Made by a program: the position numbers and the translations under genes. From an uncultured Planctomycetia bacterium (lineage in GTDB: Bacteria > Omnitrophota > Gorgyraeia > Pluralincolimonadales > Pluralincolimonadaceae), in NCBI GenBank assembly GCA_964650515.1, contig CAZYUB010000003.1:4096-68095 (forward strand): a stretch of 64,000 nucleotides of DNA, in the 5' to 3' direction. This document shows, in pieces, positions 10,521 through 19,778 of this stretch. A model generated the notes under the pieces. It made no database searches and had not been told where the DNA came from. It worked only from the letters and a program-made list of their open reading frames with translations. Positions within the stretch are counted from its first letter, which is position 1, and every line of letters begins with the position of its first letter.

Positions 10521-11126
10521 ATGCGCCATAACAACATGAAACGCAGGTTCGACAGGAACAAGCCCGAGAGGGATTCGATGTTCACCAATCTCGCGAGGGG
10601 GCTTTTCATATCTCAGAGCATAACGACGACGGCACAGAAAGCCAAGGAAGCCAGGAAGCTGGCCGAGCGGCTCATAACGATGGGCAAAGTAGATACCGTC
10701 CATTCGAGGAGGAAGGTCTTTTCCGTGCTGCGCGACGAGGACCTTGTCAAGAAGCTGTTCAAGGAGATCTCGCCCCTGTTCGCGAACAGGAAGGGCGGGT
10801 ATACAAGGATAATACGCCTCGGAAACAGGAGAGGCGATAACGCCGAAATGGTCATACTCGAGCTGACCGAGAAGAAGGTCGTGGCCCCCAAGGCCAAGCC
10901 GAAGAAGGAGAAGGCGGCGGAAACCAAGCAGGCGCCCGCGGCCCGTGAAAAGGCGGCCCCGAAAGAGACGGCCACAGCGACCGCCGATAAGACGAAGGAA
11001 TCAGCTCCGGAAAAGCATATTCCGCCCAAGAAAGAGACGAAAGAGGCCCATCCGGCCGCCGCCCACCAGGGGCAGTCCGGTTTCGCAGGCACTCTGCGCA
11101 AATTCTTCAGGGGCAGGACAAAGTAG
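10521..11126 (+). CDS. rplQ: 50S ribosomal protein L17 with long K/A/P/E-rich C-terminal extension
   Basis: The N-terminal ~120 aa match L17 (MRH...KAKEARKLAERLITMGK). A low-complexity tail of ~80 aa follows. Confidence 0.9.
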   Translation: MRHNNMKRRFDRNKPERDSMFTNLARGLFISQSITTTAQKAKEARKLAERLITMGKVDTVHSRRKVFSVLRDEDLVKKLFKEISPLFANRKGGYTRIIRLGNRRGDNAEMVILELTEKKVVAPKAKPKKEKAAETKQAPAAREKAAPKETATATADKTKESAPEKHIPPKKETKEAHPAAAHQGQSGFAGTLRKFFRGRTK

Positions 11127-11173
11127 CCCGGCATATCCTGCGAGGATAATAAATGGGCAAGGAGGGGATTTCT

Positions 11174-12334
11174 TTGAAGGTCTCAAAACGCCTCGAGAAG
11201 GTCCAGGAATCCCCGACTCTCGCCATCACCGCCAAGGCCAAGCAGATGAAGGCCGGCGGTGAGGATGTCGTGAGTTTCGGGGCAGGCGAACCCGATTTCG
11301 ATACACCCGCCAACATTAAATCCGCCGCGATAAAAGCTATTGAGGGCGGATTCACGAAATATACCGCTTCATCAGGCATACCCGAACTAAAGAAGGCCAT
11401 CTGCGGGAAATTCCTTAAAGACAACGGCCTTACCTATGAGCCCGCGCAGATAATCGTCTCATGCGGAGCGAAGCATTCGCTTTATAACATATTCCAGGCG
11501 GTATGCGACCAGGGCGACGAGGTCATAATACCCTCGCCGTACTGGGTCAGCTACGCAGAGATGGTAAGGCTTGCGGGAGGCACACCGGTCATCCTCGACA
11601 CGAAACAGTCCGACGAGTTCAAATTAAGGCCCGACGCGCTAGCGAAAGCCATCACGAACAAGACGGCGGCATTCGTGCTCAACAGCCCGTCTAACCCGAC
11701 CGGCTCGGTCTATAACAGGAGAGAGATGGAAGGGCTCGCGGAAGTGATCGTAAGCAAAAAGATACCCGTCATATCGGATGAGATATACGAGAAACTCATA
11801 TACGGCGGCGAGAAACATGTCTCGTTCGCGTCGTTGAGTAAGGAGGCATACGCGCTCACGTTTACCGTGAACGGCGTATCGAAATCATATTCGATGACCG
11901 GCTGGCGCATAGGGTATCTCGGCGCGCCCGACAAGGAACTTGCGTCGGCAGTCGGGCGGTTGCAGGACCACTCAACGTCCAATCCGGCTTCATTCGCGCA
12001 AAAAGCGGCGCTTGAGGCGATAGGCGGCGACCAGTCGTGCGTCGTGAAAATGGCAGAGGAGTTCGAGAGGCGCCGCGACTACATGGTATTGCGTATCAGC
12101 ACGATGAAGGGCATAAGCTGCGTGAAGCCCAAGGGCGCTTTCTACGTGTTCTGCGATATATCTAAGACCGGGATGAATTCATTCGAATTCTCAAAGAGGT
12201 TGCTTGAAGAGGCGAAGGTCGCGGTGATACCCGGCGAGCCGTTCGGGTGGGATACTCATATAAGGCTGAGTTTCGCGACGGGCATGGATGAGATCAGCAA
12301 GGGTTTGGACAGGATAGAGGCATGGCTGAAATGA
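11174..12334 (+). CDS. Class I (aspartate-type) aminotransferase, PLP-dependent
   Basis: Motifs GEPDFDTP and [13 protein letters not shown]. Start placed at TTG 11174, 7 nt after a strong AAGGAGGGG SD at 11158-11166. The in-frame ATG at 11153 (the ORF-track start) lies upstream of that SD. Confidence 0.85.
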   Translation: MKVSKRLEKVQESPTLAITAKAKQMKAGGEDVVSFGAGEPDFDTPANIKSAAIKAIEGGFTKYTASSGIPELKKAICGKFLKDNGLTYEPAQIIVSCGAKHSLYNIFQAVCDQGDEVIIPSPYWVSYAEMVRLAGGTPVILDTKQSDEFKLRPDALAKAITNKTAAFVLNSPSNPTGSVYNRREMEGLAEVIVSKKIPVISDEIYEKLIYGGEKHVSFASLSKEAYALTFTVNGVSKSYSMTGWRIGYLGAPDKELASAVGRLQDHSTSNPASFAQKAALEAIGGDQSCVVKMAEEFERRRDYMVLRISTMKGISCVKPKGAFYVFCDISKTGMNSFEFSKRLLEEAKVAVIPGEPFGWDTHIRLSFATGMDEISKGLDRIEAWLK

Positions 12335-13431
12335 AGCATAAGGTCACGTTCATACCGGGCGACGGGGTGGGGCCGGAACTGTCGGAGGCGGCGAAACGCT
12401 GCATAGACGCCGCTGCCGCATACTGCGGCGCCTCTATTGAATGGGAAGTGTTCGACGCGGGCATAGATGTCGTCGGGAAATACGGCACGCCGCTGCCGGA
12501 GCATGTCCTCGCCTCGATAAGGAAGAACAAGGTCGCGATAAAAGGCCCGATAACGACGCCTATAGGGACCGGCATGAGGAGCGTGAACGTCGAGCTCAGG
12601 AAGGCGCTCGAGCTGTACGCGTGCCTGCGCCCCTGCAAGTCGTACAAGGGTGTCCGCAGCCGTTATTCGGATGTGGACCTTGTCATAGTCAGGGAGAACA
12701 CGGAAGACCTTTACGCGGGCGTGGAATTTGAAAACGAAACTCTTGAATCTAAAAAAGTAATTGATTTAGTGAATTCGTTTTCAAATTCCAAAAAACAGGT
12801 AAGGCAGGATTCCGCGATAAGCATAAAGCCCATCTCACGAGCAGGATCGGAGCGCATCGTCAGGTTCGCCTTTGATTACGCCGTGAAGAACAACAGGAAG
12901 AAGGTGACCTGTATCCATAAGGCCAATATAATGAAAGCGACCGACGGCCTCTTCCTCGCGACGGCGAGGCAGGTTGCCGAAAAATATTCGGGCAAGGTGA
13001 AGTTCGAGGACAGGATCGTCGACAATATCTGCATGCAGCTTGTCCAGCGCCCCGAGGAATACGATGTGCTCGTGCTGCCGAACCTTTACGGAGACATAAT
13101 ATCCGACCTTTGCGCGGGCCTCGTGGGCGGCCTCGGAATGGCTCCCGGGGCGAATATCGGCGATGGTGTCGCGGTATTCGAGGCGACGCACGGAAGCGCG
13201 CCGAAATACAAAGGAATGAACAAGGTAAATCCCACCGCGATGATACTCTCCGGCATGCTGATGCTGCGCCACCTCGGCGAGGATGGCGCGGCGGAAAAGC
13301 TGGAGAATGCTGTCATGAAAGTGATCGCGGACGGCGTTCGCGTCACCTACGACATGAAGGCCGACCGTAATGACCCGACGGCAGTCGGGACCCGCGAGAT
13401 GGCGGACGCGGTAATCAAGGCGCTTAAATAG
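12331..13431 (+). CDS. icd: Isocitrate dehydrogenase (isocitrate/isopropylmalate dehydrogenase family)
   Basis: Aligns by eye to the E. coli IDH clasp region, EKVIKFL to KKVIDLV. Conserved DLYAG and ATHGSAPKY segments. ATG 12331 makes an ATGA overlap with the upstream stop. The in-frame ATG at 12322 is the alternative. Confidence 0.85.
   Translation: MKHKVTFIPGDGVGPELSEAAKRCIDAAAAYCGASIEWEVFDAGIDVVGKYGTPLPEHVLASIRKNKVAIKGPITTPIGTGMRSVNVELRKALELYACLRPCKSYKGVRSRYSDVDLVIVRENTEDLYAGVEFENETLESKKVIDLVNSFSNSKKQVRQDSAISIKPISRAGSERIVRFAFDYAVKNNRKKVTCIHKANIMKATDGLFLATARQVAEKYSGKVKFEDRIVDNICMQLVQRPEEYDVLVLPNLYGDIISDLCAGLVGGLGMAPGANIGDGVAVFEATHGSAPKYKGMNKVNPTAMILSGMLMLRHLGEDGAAEKLENAVMKVIADGVRVTYDMKADRNDPTAVGTREMADAVIKALK
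12722..12790 (+). repeat. Perfect 17-bp inverted repeat (TGGAATTTGAAAACGAA ... TTCGTTTTCAAATTCCA) with 35-nt AT-rich spacer, in-frame inside icd
   Basis: Reverse complement of 12722-12738 equals 12774-12790 exactly. The local AT content and codon choice (gaa, ttt, aaa, tta) are unlike the rest of the window. Confidence 0.9.
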
Positions 13432-13446
13432 CGGCAACGGATACGG

Positions 13447-14736
13447 ATGAAAGAATTTGATATCTGCGTTATAGGCGCTGGCCCGGGCGGAACCTCAGCC
13501 GCTTTGGAATCATCCGCACTCGGCGTAAAGACGGCCCTGGTCGAGAGGGGCCAGGTCGGCGGTATATGCCTAAATAAAGGATGTATCCCGACAAAGGCCC
13601 GCCTGAGGTCCGCATCTCTTTACAACCTGTCAAAAAACGCGTCCGCGCCCGACCTTCCCGCTATCATCAGGCGTTCCACCGAAGCCGTTGAGCGGCTCAG
13701 GGGCAGCCTCACCCAATCGATCACTTCAAGGAAGATAGAACTTATCGGCGGGGAAGCCGCGTTCATCTCCCCTGACACCGTAAAGGTCAACGGGGAAACG
13801 GTCAGGGCGAGGTCATTTATCATTGCTACGGGTTCCTTGCCGAGGCCATTGGGAAACGTGGTATCGGACCGAAAGAGGGTATTCTATTCGGAGGAGATAT
13901 TAGGGCTCTCGGAACTCCCGTCAGACATCACGATAATCGGTTCCGGCCCGATAGGCTGCGAGTTCGCGTCGTTCTTCTCGGCGCTCGGCACGAAGGTCAC
14001 GCTGATGGAGACGATGGATAGGATGCTGCCGAGGGAGGACAAGGATATATCATCACGGCTGGAAGGGATCTTCAGGAACAGGGGAATAAATGTAGTGACC
14101 GGCGCCGATATAAAAGGTATAGAAGGCATAGGAACGGAGGCCGTCCTTATCTGCGTCGGCCGCGTCCCGGATACGGCAGGACTGGGGCTGGATAAAGCGG
14201 GTGTCTCGTCGCAGGACGGCAGGATAACCGTTGACGCGAACCTCAGGACTTCATCGGAGCGCATATTCGCCGCCGGCGACTGCATCGGCAGGCATAACCT
14301 CGCGCACGCGGCATCAGCGGAGGGCAGGGTCGCGGCGATGAACGCGGCGGGCGAGAACATCCCGATGGATTATTCGATCATGCCGATGTGCGTATATTCG
14401 TTTCCTGAGGCCGCGAGCGTCGGCCTCACGGCTGAAGCGGCCGGGAACAAGGGGATAGAGGCGGTTTCGGCGCGTTCGTATTTCGCGGGGCTCGGCAGGG
14501 CGCAGGCGTACGGCGAGCCCGACGGTTTCATCAAGATCGTCGCGGAAAAGGGGAGCGGACGGATCATCGGGGCGCAGATACTCGGTTATAACGCCTCGGA
14601 GATGATAGGAATAATAAGCGTAGCAATGAAAGGCAGGCTGACCGCGAAGGAGCTCGCCGGGACTATACAGCCGCACCCGACCTTTTCGGAAGGTATACAA
14701 GAAGCGGCGGCCAACTTGCAGAGGCAGGTGAAATGA
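13447..14736 (+). CDS. lpd: Dihydrolipoyl dehydrogenase-like flavoprotein disulfide reductase
   Basis: FAD fold GAGPGG. Redox Cys pair GGICLNKGCIPTK. C-terminal HPTFSE dyad. 429 aa. Confidence 0.85.
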   Translation: MKEFDICVIGAGPGGTSAALESSALGVKTALVERGQVGGICLNKGCIPTKARLRSASLYNLSKNASAPDLPAIIRRSTEAVERLRGSLTQSITSRKIELIGGEAAFISPDTVKVNGETVRARSFIIATGSLPRPLGNVVSDRKRVFYSEEILGLSELPSDITIIGSGPIGCEFASFFSALGTKVTLMETMDRMLPREDKDISSRLEGIFRNRGINVVTGADIKGIEGIGTEAVLICVGRVPDTAGLGLDKAGVSSQDGRITVDANLRTSSERIFAAGDCIGRHNLAHAASAEGRVAAMNAAGENIPMDYSIMPMCVYSFPEAASVGLTAEAAGNKGIEAVSARSYFAGLGRAQAYGEPDGFIKIVAEKGSGRIIGAQILGYNASEMIGIISVAMKGRLTAKELAGTIQPHPTFSEGIQEAAANLQRQVK

Positions 14737-15581
14737 TAGCGAAACCTGTATGGCTGCGCAGGCCCCTGGCGGCTTCCGGGAAGATAACGGCTACAAGGCG
14801 AGCGCTGAGGGGCTCCGGGGTCAACACGATATGCGAAAGCGCGAACTGCCCGAACCTCTGCGAGTGTTTCGATAAAGGGGTCGCGACGTTCATAATTCTC
14901 GGCGACATATGCACGAGGGGATGCAGGTTCTGCGCTGTGAAATGCGGCACGCCCCTGCCTCCCGACCCGTCAGAGCCGGAAAAAATTTATAACGCCGTCA
15001 CCGGTTTGGGGCTTAAATACGCGGTAATAACCTCAGTCACGAGGGACGATATCCCTGACGGGGGCGCGGCCCATTTTTCGGGCGTCGTCTCGTATATTAA
15101 GGCGCGCACGCCCGGCGTAGGAATAGAGGTCCTCGTGCCGGATTTCCGCGGCTCGGAGGGTTCCATAAGGACGGCGCACGGCCCCGGCGTGGATGTCTTC
15201 GCGCATAACGTGGATACCGTGCGCAGGCTTTACGGGAAGGTCAAGCCGAGGGCGGATTACGACGTATCGCTCTCTGTGCTTCGCATCTCGAATCGCCTCT
15301 TCCCGCTGACGCCCGTGAAGAGCGGCCTGATGCTCGGGCTCGGCGAGACGGAGAAGGAGATATCGTCGGCGATGGAAGACCTCAGGGACGCGGGATGCGT
15401 GATATTGACCCTTGGCCAGTACCTGAAACCCTCGGGAAGCAGGATAGAGGAGGCCGGATTTGTGCCGCCAAAAATGTTTGCAAAATACGGGGAAATGGCG
15501 TATAATTTAGGCTTTACAAGAGTGAGTTCAGGGCCTTTTGTCAGAAGTTCCTATCACGCAGCTTGTTTAAACAATAGGTAG
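14733..15581 (+). CDS. lipA: Lipoyl synthase
   Basis: Cys clusters CPNLCEC and CTRGCRFC are typical of LipA. ATGA overlap with lpd. Confidence 0.9.
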   Translation: MIAKPVWLRRPLAASGKITATRRALRGSGVNTICESANCPNLCECFDKGVATFIILGDICTRGCRFCAVKCGTPLPPDPSEPEKIYNAVTGLGLKYAVITSVTRDDIPDGGAAHFSGVVSYIKARTPGVGIEVLVPDFRGSEGSIRTAHGPGVDVFAHNVDTVRRLYGKVKPRADYDVSLSVLRISNRLFPLTPVKSGLMLGLGETEKEISSAMEDLRDAGCVILTLGQYLKPSGSRIEEAGFVPPKMFAKYGEMAYNLGFTRVSSGPFVRSSYHAACLNNR

Positions 15582-15600
15582 CCGCAAGGAGGAGAGTTTT

Positions 15601-15861
15601 ATGGCAAAGGTGATCATGCCTGATATGGGAGAAGGCGGAAGGGAAGTCACGATCTCGTACTGGCATTTCGAGGAGGGCGACAGGGTCGAGGAAGGCGAGG
15701 ATCTCGTCGAGGTAGCGACCGATAAATCGACCTTCAACGTGCCTGCGCCGTGTTCCGGCGTCGTGACGGAAGTATATTATGAAGAAGGGGATATAGTCGA
15801 GGTCGGAGAAGTCCTCGCTAATATAGAAGAAGAGGAAGCGCTTTTCGAAGAAGAGGAGTAG
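15601..15861 (+). CDS. Free-standing lipoyl/biotinyl-attachment domain protein (86 aa), acidic C-terminus
   Basis: Single lipoyl-type hybrid barrel with candidate modified Lys in ATDKSTFNV. No E2 catalytic domain. SD GGAGG upstream. Confidence 0.75.
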   Translation: MAKVIMPDMGEGGREVTISYWHFEEGDRVEEGEDLVEVATDKSTFNVPAPCSGVVTEVYYEEGDIVEVGEVLANIEEEEALFEEEE

Positions 15862-15870
15862 ATCAATTAG

Positions 15871-17055
15871 ATGCATGAAGCCAACAGGTTAAAACGTTTA
15901 CCGCTGTATCTTTTTACGATACTGGACGAATTAAAGGAGAAGGCCAGGGCCTCGGGCGTCGACGTGCTCGACCTCGGCATGGGAAGCCCCGACCTGCCTC
16001 CGGCCCAGCATATAGTCGATGAATTGCGCGAACAGTGCAAATATGTGGCGAACCACCGTTATTCAAGGCCTACCGGAGAGATCGAGAAGGCCTTCAACAA
16101 GGCGATAGCCGATTGGTATAAGGGCAGGTTCAATGTCGACCTGGACCCGAGGACCGAAGTCCTGCCGCTCATAGGCTCCAAGGAAGGCATAGCCAACTTC
16201 TGCCTCACGTTCCTTAACAGCGACGATATAGCGCTTGTCCCGAGCCCCGGTTATCCGGTGCATTTCAACGGGCCTATCATGGCCGGCGGCATACTCTACA
16301 GCATACCGATGACGAGGGAGAGCGGTTATAAGCCGAACCTCAGGGGGCTCGGCAGGGAGATAACGAGGATGGCGAAGATACTATTCCTGAGCTATCCGCA
16401 CAACCCTACGGCCGCGGTAGTCGACCTGGCTTACCTCCAGGATGTCGTGGATTGGGCTAAAGACAAGGACATAATAATCGCTTATGATAACGCTTATTCG
16501 GATTTTGTATTCGACGGAAAACCTGCCCCGAGCATACTCCAGATCAAGGGCGCCAAGGACAAATGCGTCGAGTTCCATACGCTGTCGAAATCGTACAATA
16601 TGGCGGGATGGAGGATAGGCATGGTCGTCGGCAACGCTAACATAATACGCTCGCTGGAGAAGACCAAGAGCTATATCGATTTCGGCCTGTTCAGGCCGAT
16701 ACAGTGCGCCGCCATAAAGGCCCTGACCGGGCCCCAGGACTGTGTGAAGGAGCTCGTGGCCACATACAAGAAGAGAAGGGACGTATTTGTCGGCGGGCTT
16801 AACGCGGCGGGATGGGATGTGGACATGCCCCAGGGCACGTTCTATGTCTGGGCCCATATACCCCCGAAATACACCGGTCTGACATCGATGGAGTTTTCGG
16901 CGCTGCTGGTCGAAGAAGCGGGTGTCGTATCTTCACCTGGTACGGGTTTCGGCGAATTCGGCGAAGGGTTTGTAAGGTTTGCTCTCGTTGAGCCGGAGGA
17001 CAGGCTCAAGATAGCCGTCGAAAGGATCAAGAAGGTCCTTCAGAAAAAGGACTAA
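15871..17055 (+). CDS. Class I/II aminotransferase, LL-diaminopimelate aminotransferase-like
   Basis: 394 aa. PLP-lysine region HTLSKSYNMAGWRIG. N-terminus YLFTILDE resembles DapL. Confidence 0.7.
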   Translation: MHEANRLKRLPLYLFTILDELKEKARASGVDVLDLGMGSPDLPPAQHIVDELREQCKYVANHRYSRPTGEIEKAFNKAIADWYKGRFNVDLDPRTEVLPLIGSKEGIANFCLTFLNSDDIALVPSPGYPVHFNGPIMAGGILYSIPMTRESGYKPNLRGLGREITRMAKILFLSYPHNPTAAVVDLAYLQDVVDWAKDKDIIIAYDNAYSDFVFDGKPAPSILQIKGAKDKCVEFHTLSKSYNMAGWRIGMVVGNANIIRSLEKTKSYIDFGLFRPIQCAAIKALTGPQDCVKELVATYKKRRDVFVGGLNAAGWDVDMPQGTFYVWAHIPPKYTGLTSMEFSALLVEEAGVVSSPGTGFGEFGEGFVRFALVEPEDRLKIAVERIKKVLQKKD

Positions 17056-17083
17056 AAAGCCGTTTCCGGGTAGCATAGAATAT

Positions 17084-17119
17084 ACGCCCGCCGTCACACA
17101 AGGCGGGCGTAGTTTATTT
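17084..17119 (+). terminator. Rho-independent terminator after the aminotransferase gene
   Basis: Stem ACGCCCGCC/GGCGGGCGT (9 bp), loop GTCACACAA, then AGTTTATTT. Confidence 0.8.
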
Positions 17120-17131
17120 GGAGGCGTTCGA

Positions 17132-18256
17132 GTGGCTGGCAAGAAGATACTGCTTCTGCATATATCCGAGAATTCAGGGCACCAAAAAGCTGCTATCGCA
17201 CTTGAAAAGGCGATAAAAATGCTGGAACCGGGGTCGGAGATAAGGAATATCGATTCCTTCAATTACACGAACCCGCTCGTCGAGAGGGTCATACACCGGA
17301 CCTACATGGGCGTCATAAAGAACAGGCCCGAAGTATGGGAATACCTCTATGATAACCCGAAGGTCTTCAGGAGCCTGCGGCGCCTGCGCGACCTGATACA
17401 CAGGTTCAATTCCGGGAAACTGAAGGCGCTGCTCGAAGAGTTCAGGCCCGACGCCATAGCGTGCACGCAGGCCTTCCCGTGCGGGATGATAGCCGACTAC
17501 AAGGCATCGTTCGGCCTCGATACCCCGCTAATAGGCGTCCTGACCGATTGTTATCCGCATTCCTACTGGTTCTTCGATGCGGTAGATTATTATATCGTGA
17601 ATTCTGATACGGCTACGGATGTCTTTGTCGAGCACGGGATACCGAGGGAGAAGATCAGGGTCTACGGCATACCGATCGACCCGAAATTTGCGGACACGGT
17701 GGATACCCGTCAGGTCCGTTCGAGGTACGGCCTTGATGATGCGATCCCCGCGGTCCTTGTAATGGGTGGAGGGCAGGGGCTCGGCCCGATAGCGGAACTC
17801 GTCAATGAGCTGAACCGCATCAAGCATCCGATACAGATGATAGTGGTCACGGGCAGCAACAGGAAACTGTTCGAGTGGCTCGAAAGGAAGAAATATTCCT
17901 TCAGGATGAAGACGGCCGTCCTCGGCATGGCCACGAACGTCGACGAGCTCATGTCGGTATCATCCGTAATAATAACGAAGCCGGGAGGACTGACGGTTTC
18001 GGAATCGCTCGCGAAGGGGCTCCCGATAGTGATACTGAACCCGATACCGGGGCAGGAAGCAAAGAACAGCGAGTTCCTGCTGAAGAACGGCGCCGCGGTC
18101 AAGGCGAACAACGCGCCCGACGCGGCCCTGCTTACCGAAGCGCTCGTGACGCAGAAATACAAGCTTGAGCAGATGCGCGGCAATGCCGCGCGGCTGGCGA
18201 AACCCAACTCATCGGCCGATATAGCGAGGCTTATACTCGAATGTGCCAGTACCTGA
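17132..18256 (+). CDS. Monogalactosyldiacylglycerol synthase / UgtP-like diacylglycerol glycosyltransferase (GT28 family)
   Basis: GTG start 7 nt after GGAGG. N-terminal MGDG-synthase-like region with GHQKAA. C-terminal GT28 domain. Confidence 0.75.
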   Translation: MAGKKILLLHISENSGHQKAAIALEKAIKMLEPGSEIRNIDSFNYTNPLVERVIHRTYMGVIKNRPEVWEYLYDNPKVFRSLRRLRDLIHRFNSGKLKALLEEFRPDAIACTQAFPCGMIADYKASFGLDTPLIGVLTDCYPHSYWFFDAVDYYIVNSDTATDVFVEHGIPREKIRVYGIPIDPKFADTVDTRQVRSRYGLDDAIPAVLVMGGGQGLGPIAELVNELNRIKHPIQMIVVTGSNRKLFEWLERKKYSFRMKTAVLGMATNVDELMSVSSVIITKPGGLTVSESLAKGLPIVILNPIPGQEAKNSEFLLKNGAAVKANNAPDAALLTEALVTQKYKLEQMRGNAARLAKPNSSADIARLILECAST

Positions 18257-19095
18257 TATATAAATTCGCCCAGTTCCTCGCGATGAACCTGCCGCTCGCC
18301 AAGGGATACGCGCTCGCGTCGTTCATAGCGAAACTGCATTACCTTTTGTCCAGGACGGACCGCCTGATAGTATACGGCAACCTGCGCGCGATATTCCCGG
18401 ACAAGGGCGAGAAGGAGATAAACAGGCTCGCGAAGGAAGTGTTCGTGAATTTCGCGAAATACCTTACGGATTTCTTCCGCTTCGAGAAGCTTGACCGCGC
18501 GTTCGTAGATAAGAACGTTAAAGTGGCGGGGCGCGAAAACCTCGATGATGCGCTGAAGCGTGGCAAGGGCGTCATAGCCCTTACGGCGCACCTCGGCAAT
18601 TACGAGCTGGGAGGTGCCGTGATATCGCTGCTCGGTTATAAGTTCAACGCGGTTGCGCTGAACCACAAGGAGAAGGAGGTCAACGACCTCTTCATCGGGC
18701 AGAGGAAAAGGGCAGGGGTGAACGTCATCCCTCTCGGAGCTGCGGTAAAGAAGTGTTATGAGGCGTTACGGAAGGGCGAGATAGTCGCGCTTGTCGGGGA
18801 CAGGGATTTCACTCCACACGGGCTGAAGACGGAATTTTTCGGGAAGGCCGCGATGATCCCGAGGGGGCCCGCCGCGTTCTACCTTAAAGCGGGGGCGGCC
18901 ATTGTCCCGGGGTTCCTGATAAGGATGCCCGATGATACGTTCGAGCTAAGGTTCGAGGAGGCGGTCTCCTATACCCCCTCCGGCGACGGCGCGATAGACG
19001 AGCGGAAGGTCACCGGGATGTGCCTGAAAGTCATAGAGGAGTACATAAGCAGGTATCCGTCGCAGTGGTATATGTTCAGGAGGTTCTGGATATGA
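18241..19095 (+). CDS. LpxL/HtrB-family lysophospholipid (lipid A-type) acyltransferase
   Basis: 284 aa. HLGNYE acyltransferase motif. Membrane-associated N-terminus. Confidence 0.75.
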   Translation: MCQYLIYKFAQFLAMNLPLAKGYALASFIAKLHYLLSRTDRLIVYGNLRAIFPDKGEKEINRLAKEVFVNFAKYLTDFFRFEKLDRAFVDKNVKVAGRENLDDALKRGKGVIALTAHLGNYELGGAVISLLGYKFNAVALNHKEKEVNDLFIGQRKRAGVNVIPLGAAVKKCYEALRKGEIVALVGDRDFTPHGLKTEFFGKAAMIPRGPAAFYLKAGAAIVPGFLIRMPDDTFELRFEEAVSYTPSGDGAIDERKVTGMCLKVIEEYISRYPSQWYMFRRFWI

Positions 19096-19778
19096 AAGAA
19101 GCGCTCTCCGCGGCCCGCGGCTGCGTCGTGATACCGGCATATAACGAAGAGATGCGCATAGGACATATAGTAAGCGAGGTCGTATCAAAGGGGCTCTCCT
19201 GTATCGTCATTGACGACGGCTCGGTGGACAAGACGAAGCAGGAGGCCGAAAGGGAAGGCGCCGAGGTCATAAGCCACAGGAAGAACCACGGCAAGGGGCT
19301 CTCGCTCAGGGACGGGTTCAAGAGGGCTCTCGAGGAAAATTACGATTTCATCATAACGATGGACGGCGACGGCCAGCACCATCCCGACGAACTGGAACAT
19401 TTCGTGAAGGCCGCGGAGAAAGGGGACGCGGATATCATCCTCGGCAACAGGATGAAGGACCCGAAGGACATGCCGCTGAGGAGAAGGATAACCAACAGGT
19501 TCATGTCATCTGTAATATCGTTCCTCGCCGGGCAATCCCTTCCCGACACGCAGTGCGGATACAGGCTCATAAGCACGAAGGTGCTGAGGGCGGTCCCGCT
19601 TACGACGGATAAATACGAGATAGAATCGGAAGTGCTGATAGAGGCCGCGAACGCCGGTTTCAAGATAAAGTCGATACCGATAAAGTCGATATACAGGGGC
19701 CAGAAGAGCCAGATAAGGCCCTTCAGGGACACGATGCGTTTCCTGTCTTTTATATTCCAGACCCTCGTAAAGAGATGA
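19092..19778 (+). CDS. Family 2 glycosyltransferase (DPM1/polyprenyl-phosphate glycosyltransferase-like)
   Basis: Start moved to ATG 19092, an ATGA overlap with the upstream stop. Motifs VIPAYNEE, DDGSVD and DGDGQH are typical of GT2. Confidence 0.8.
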   Translation: MKEALSAARGCVVIPAYNEEMRIGHIVSEVVSKGLSCIVIDDGSVDKTKQEAEREGAEVISHRKNHGKGLSLRDGFKRALEENYDFIITMDGDGQHHPDELEHFVKAAEKGDADIILGNRMKDPKDMPLRRRITNRFMSSVISFLAGQSLPDTQCGYRLISTKVLRAVPLTTDKYEIESEVLIEAANAGFKIKSIPIKSIYRGQKSQIRPFRDTMRFLSFIFQTLVKR

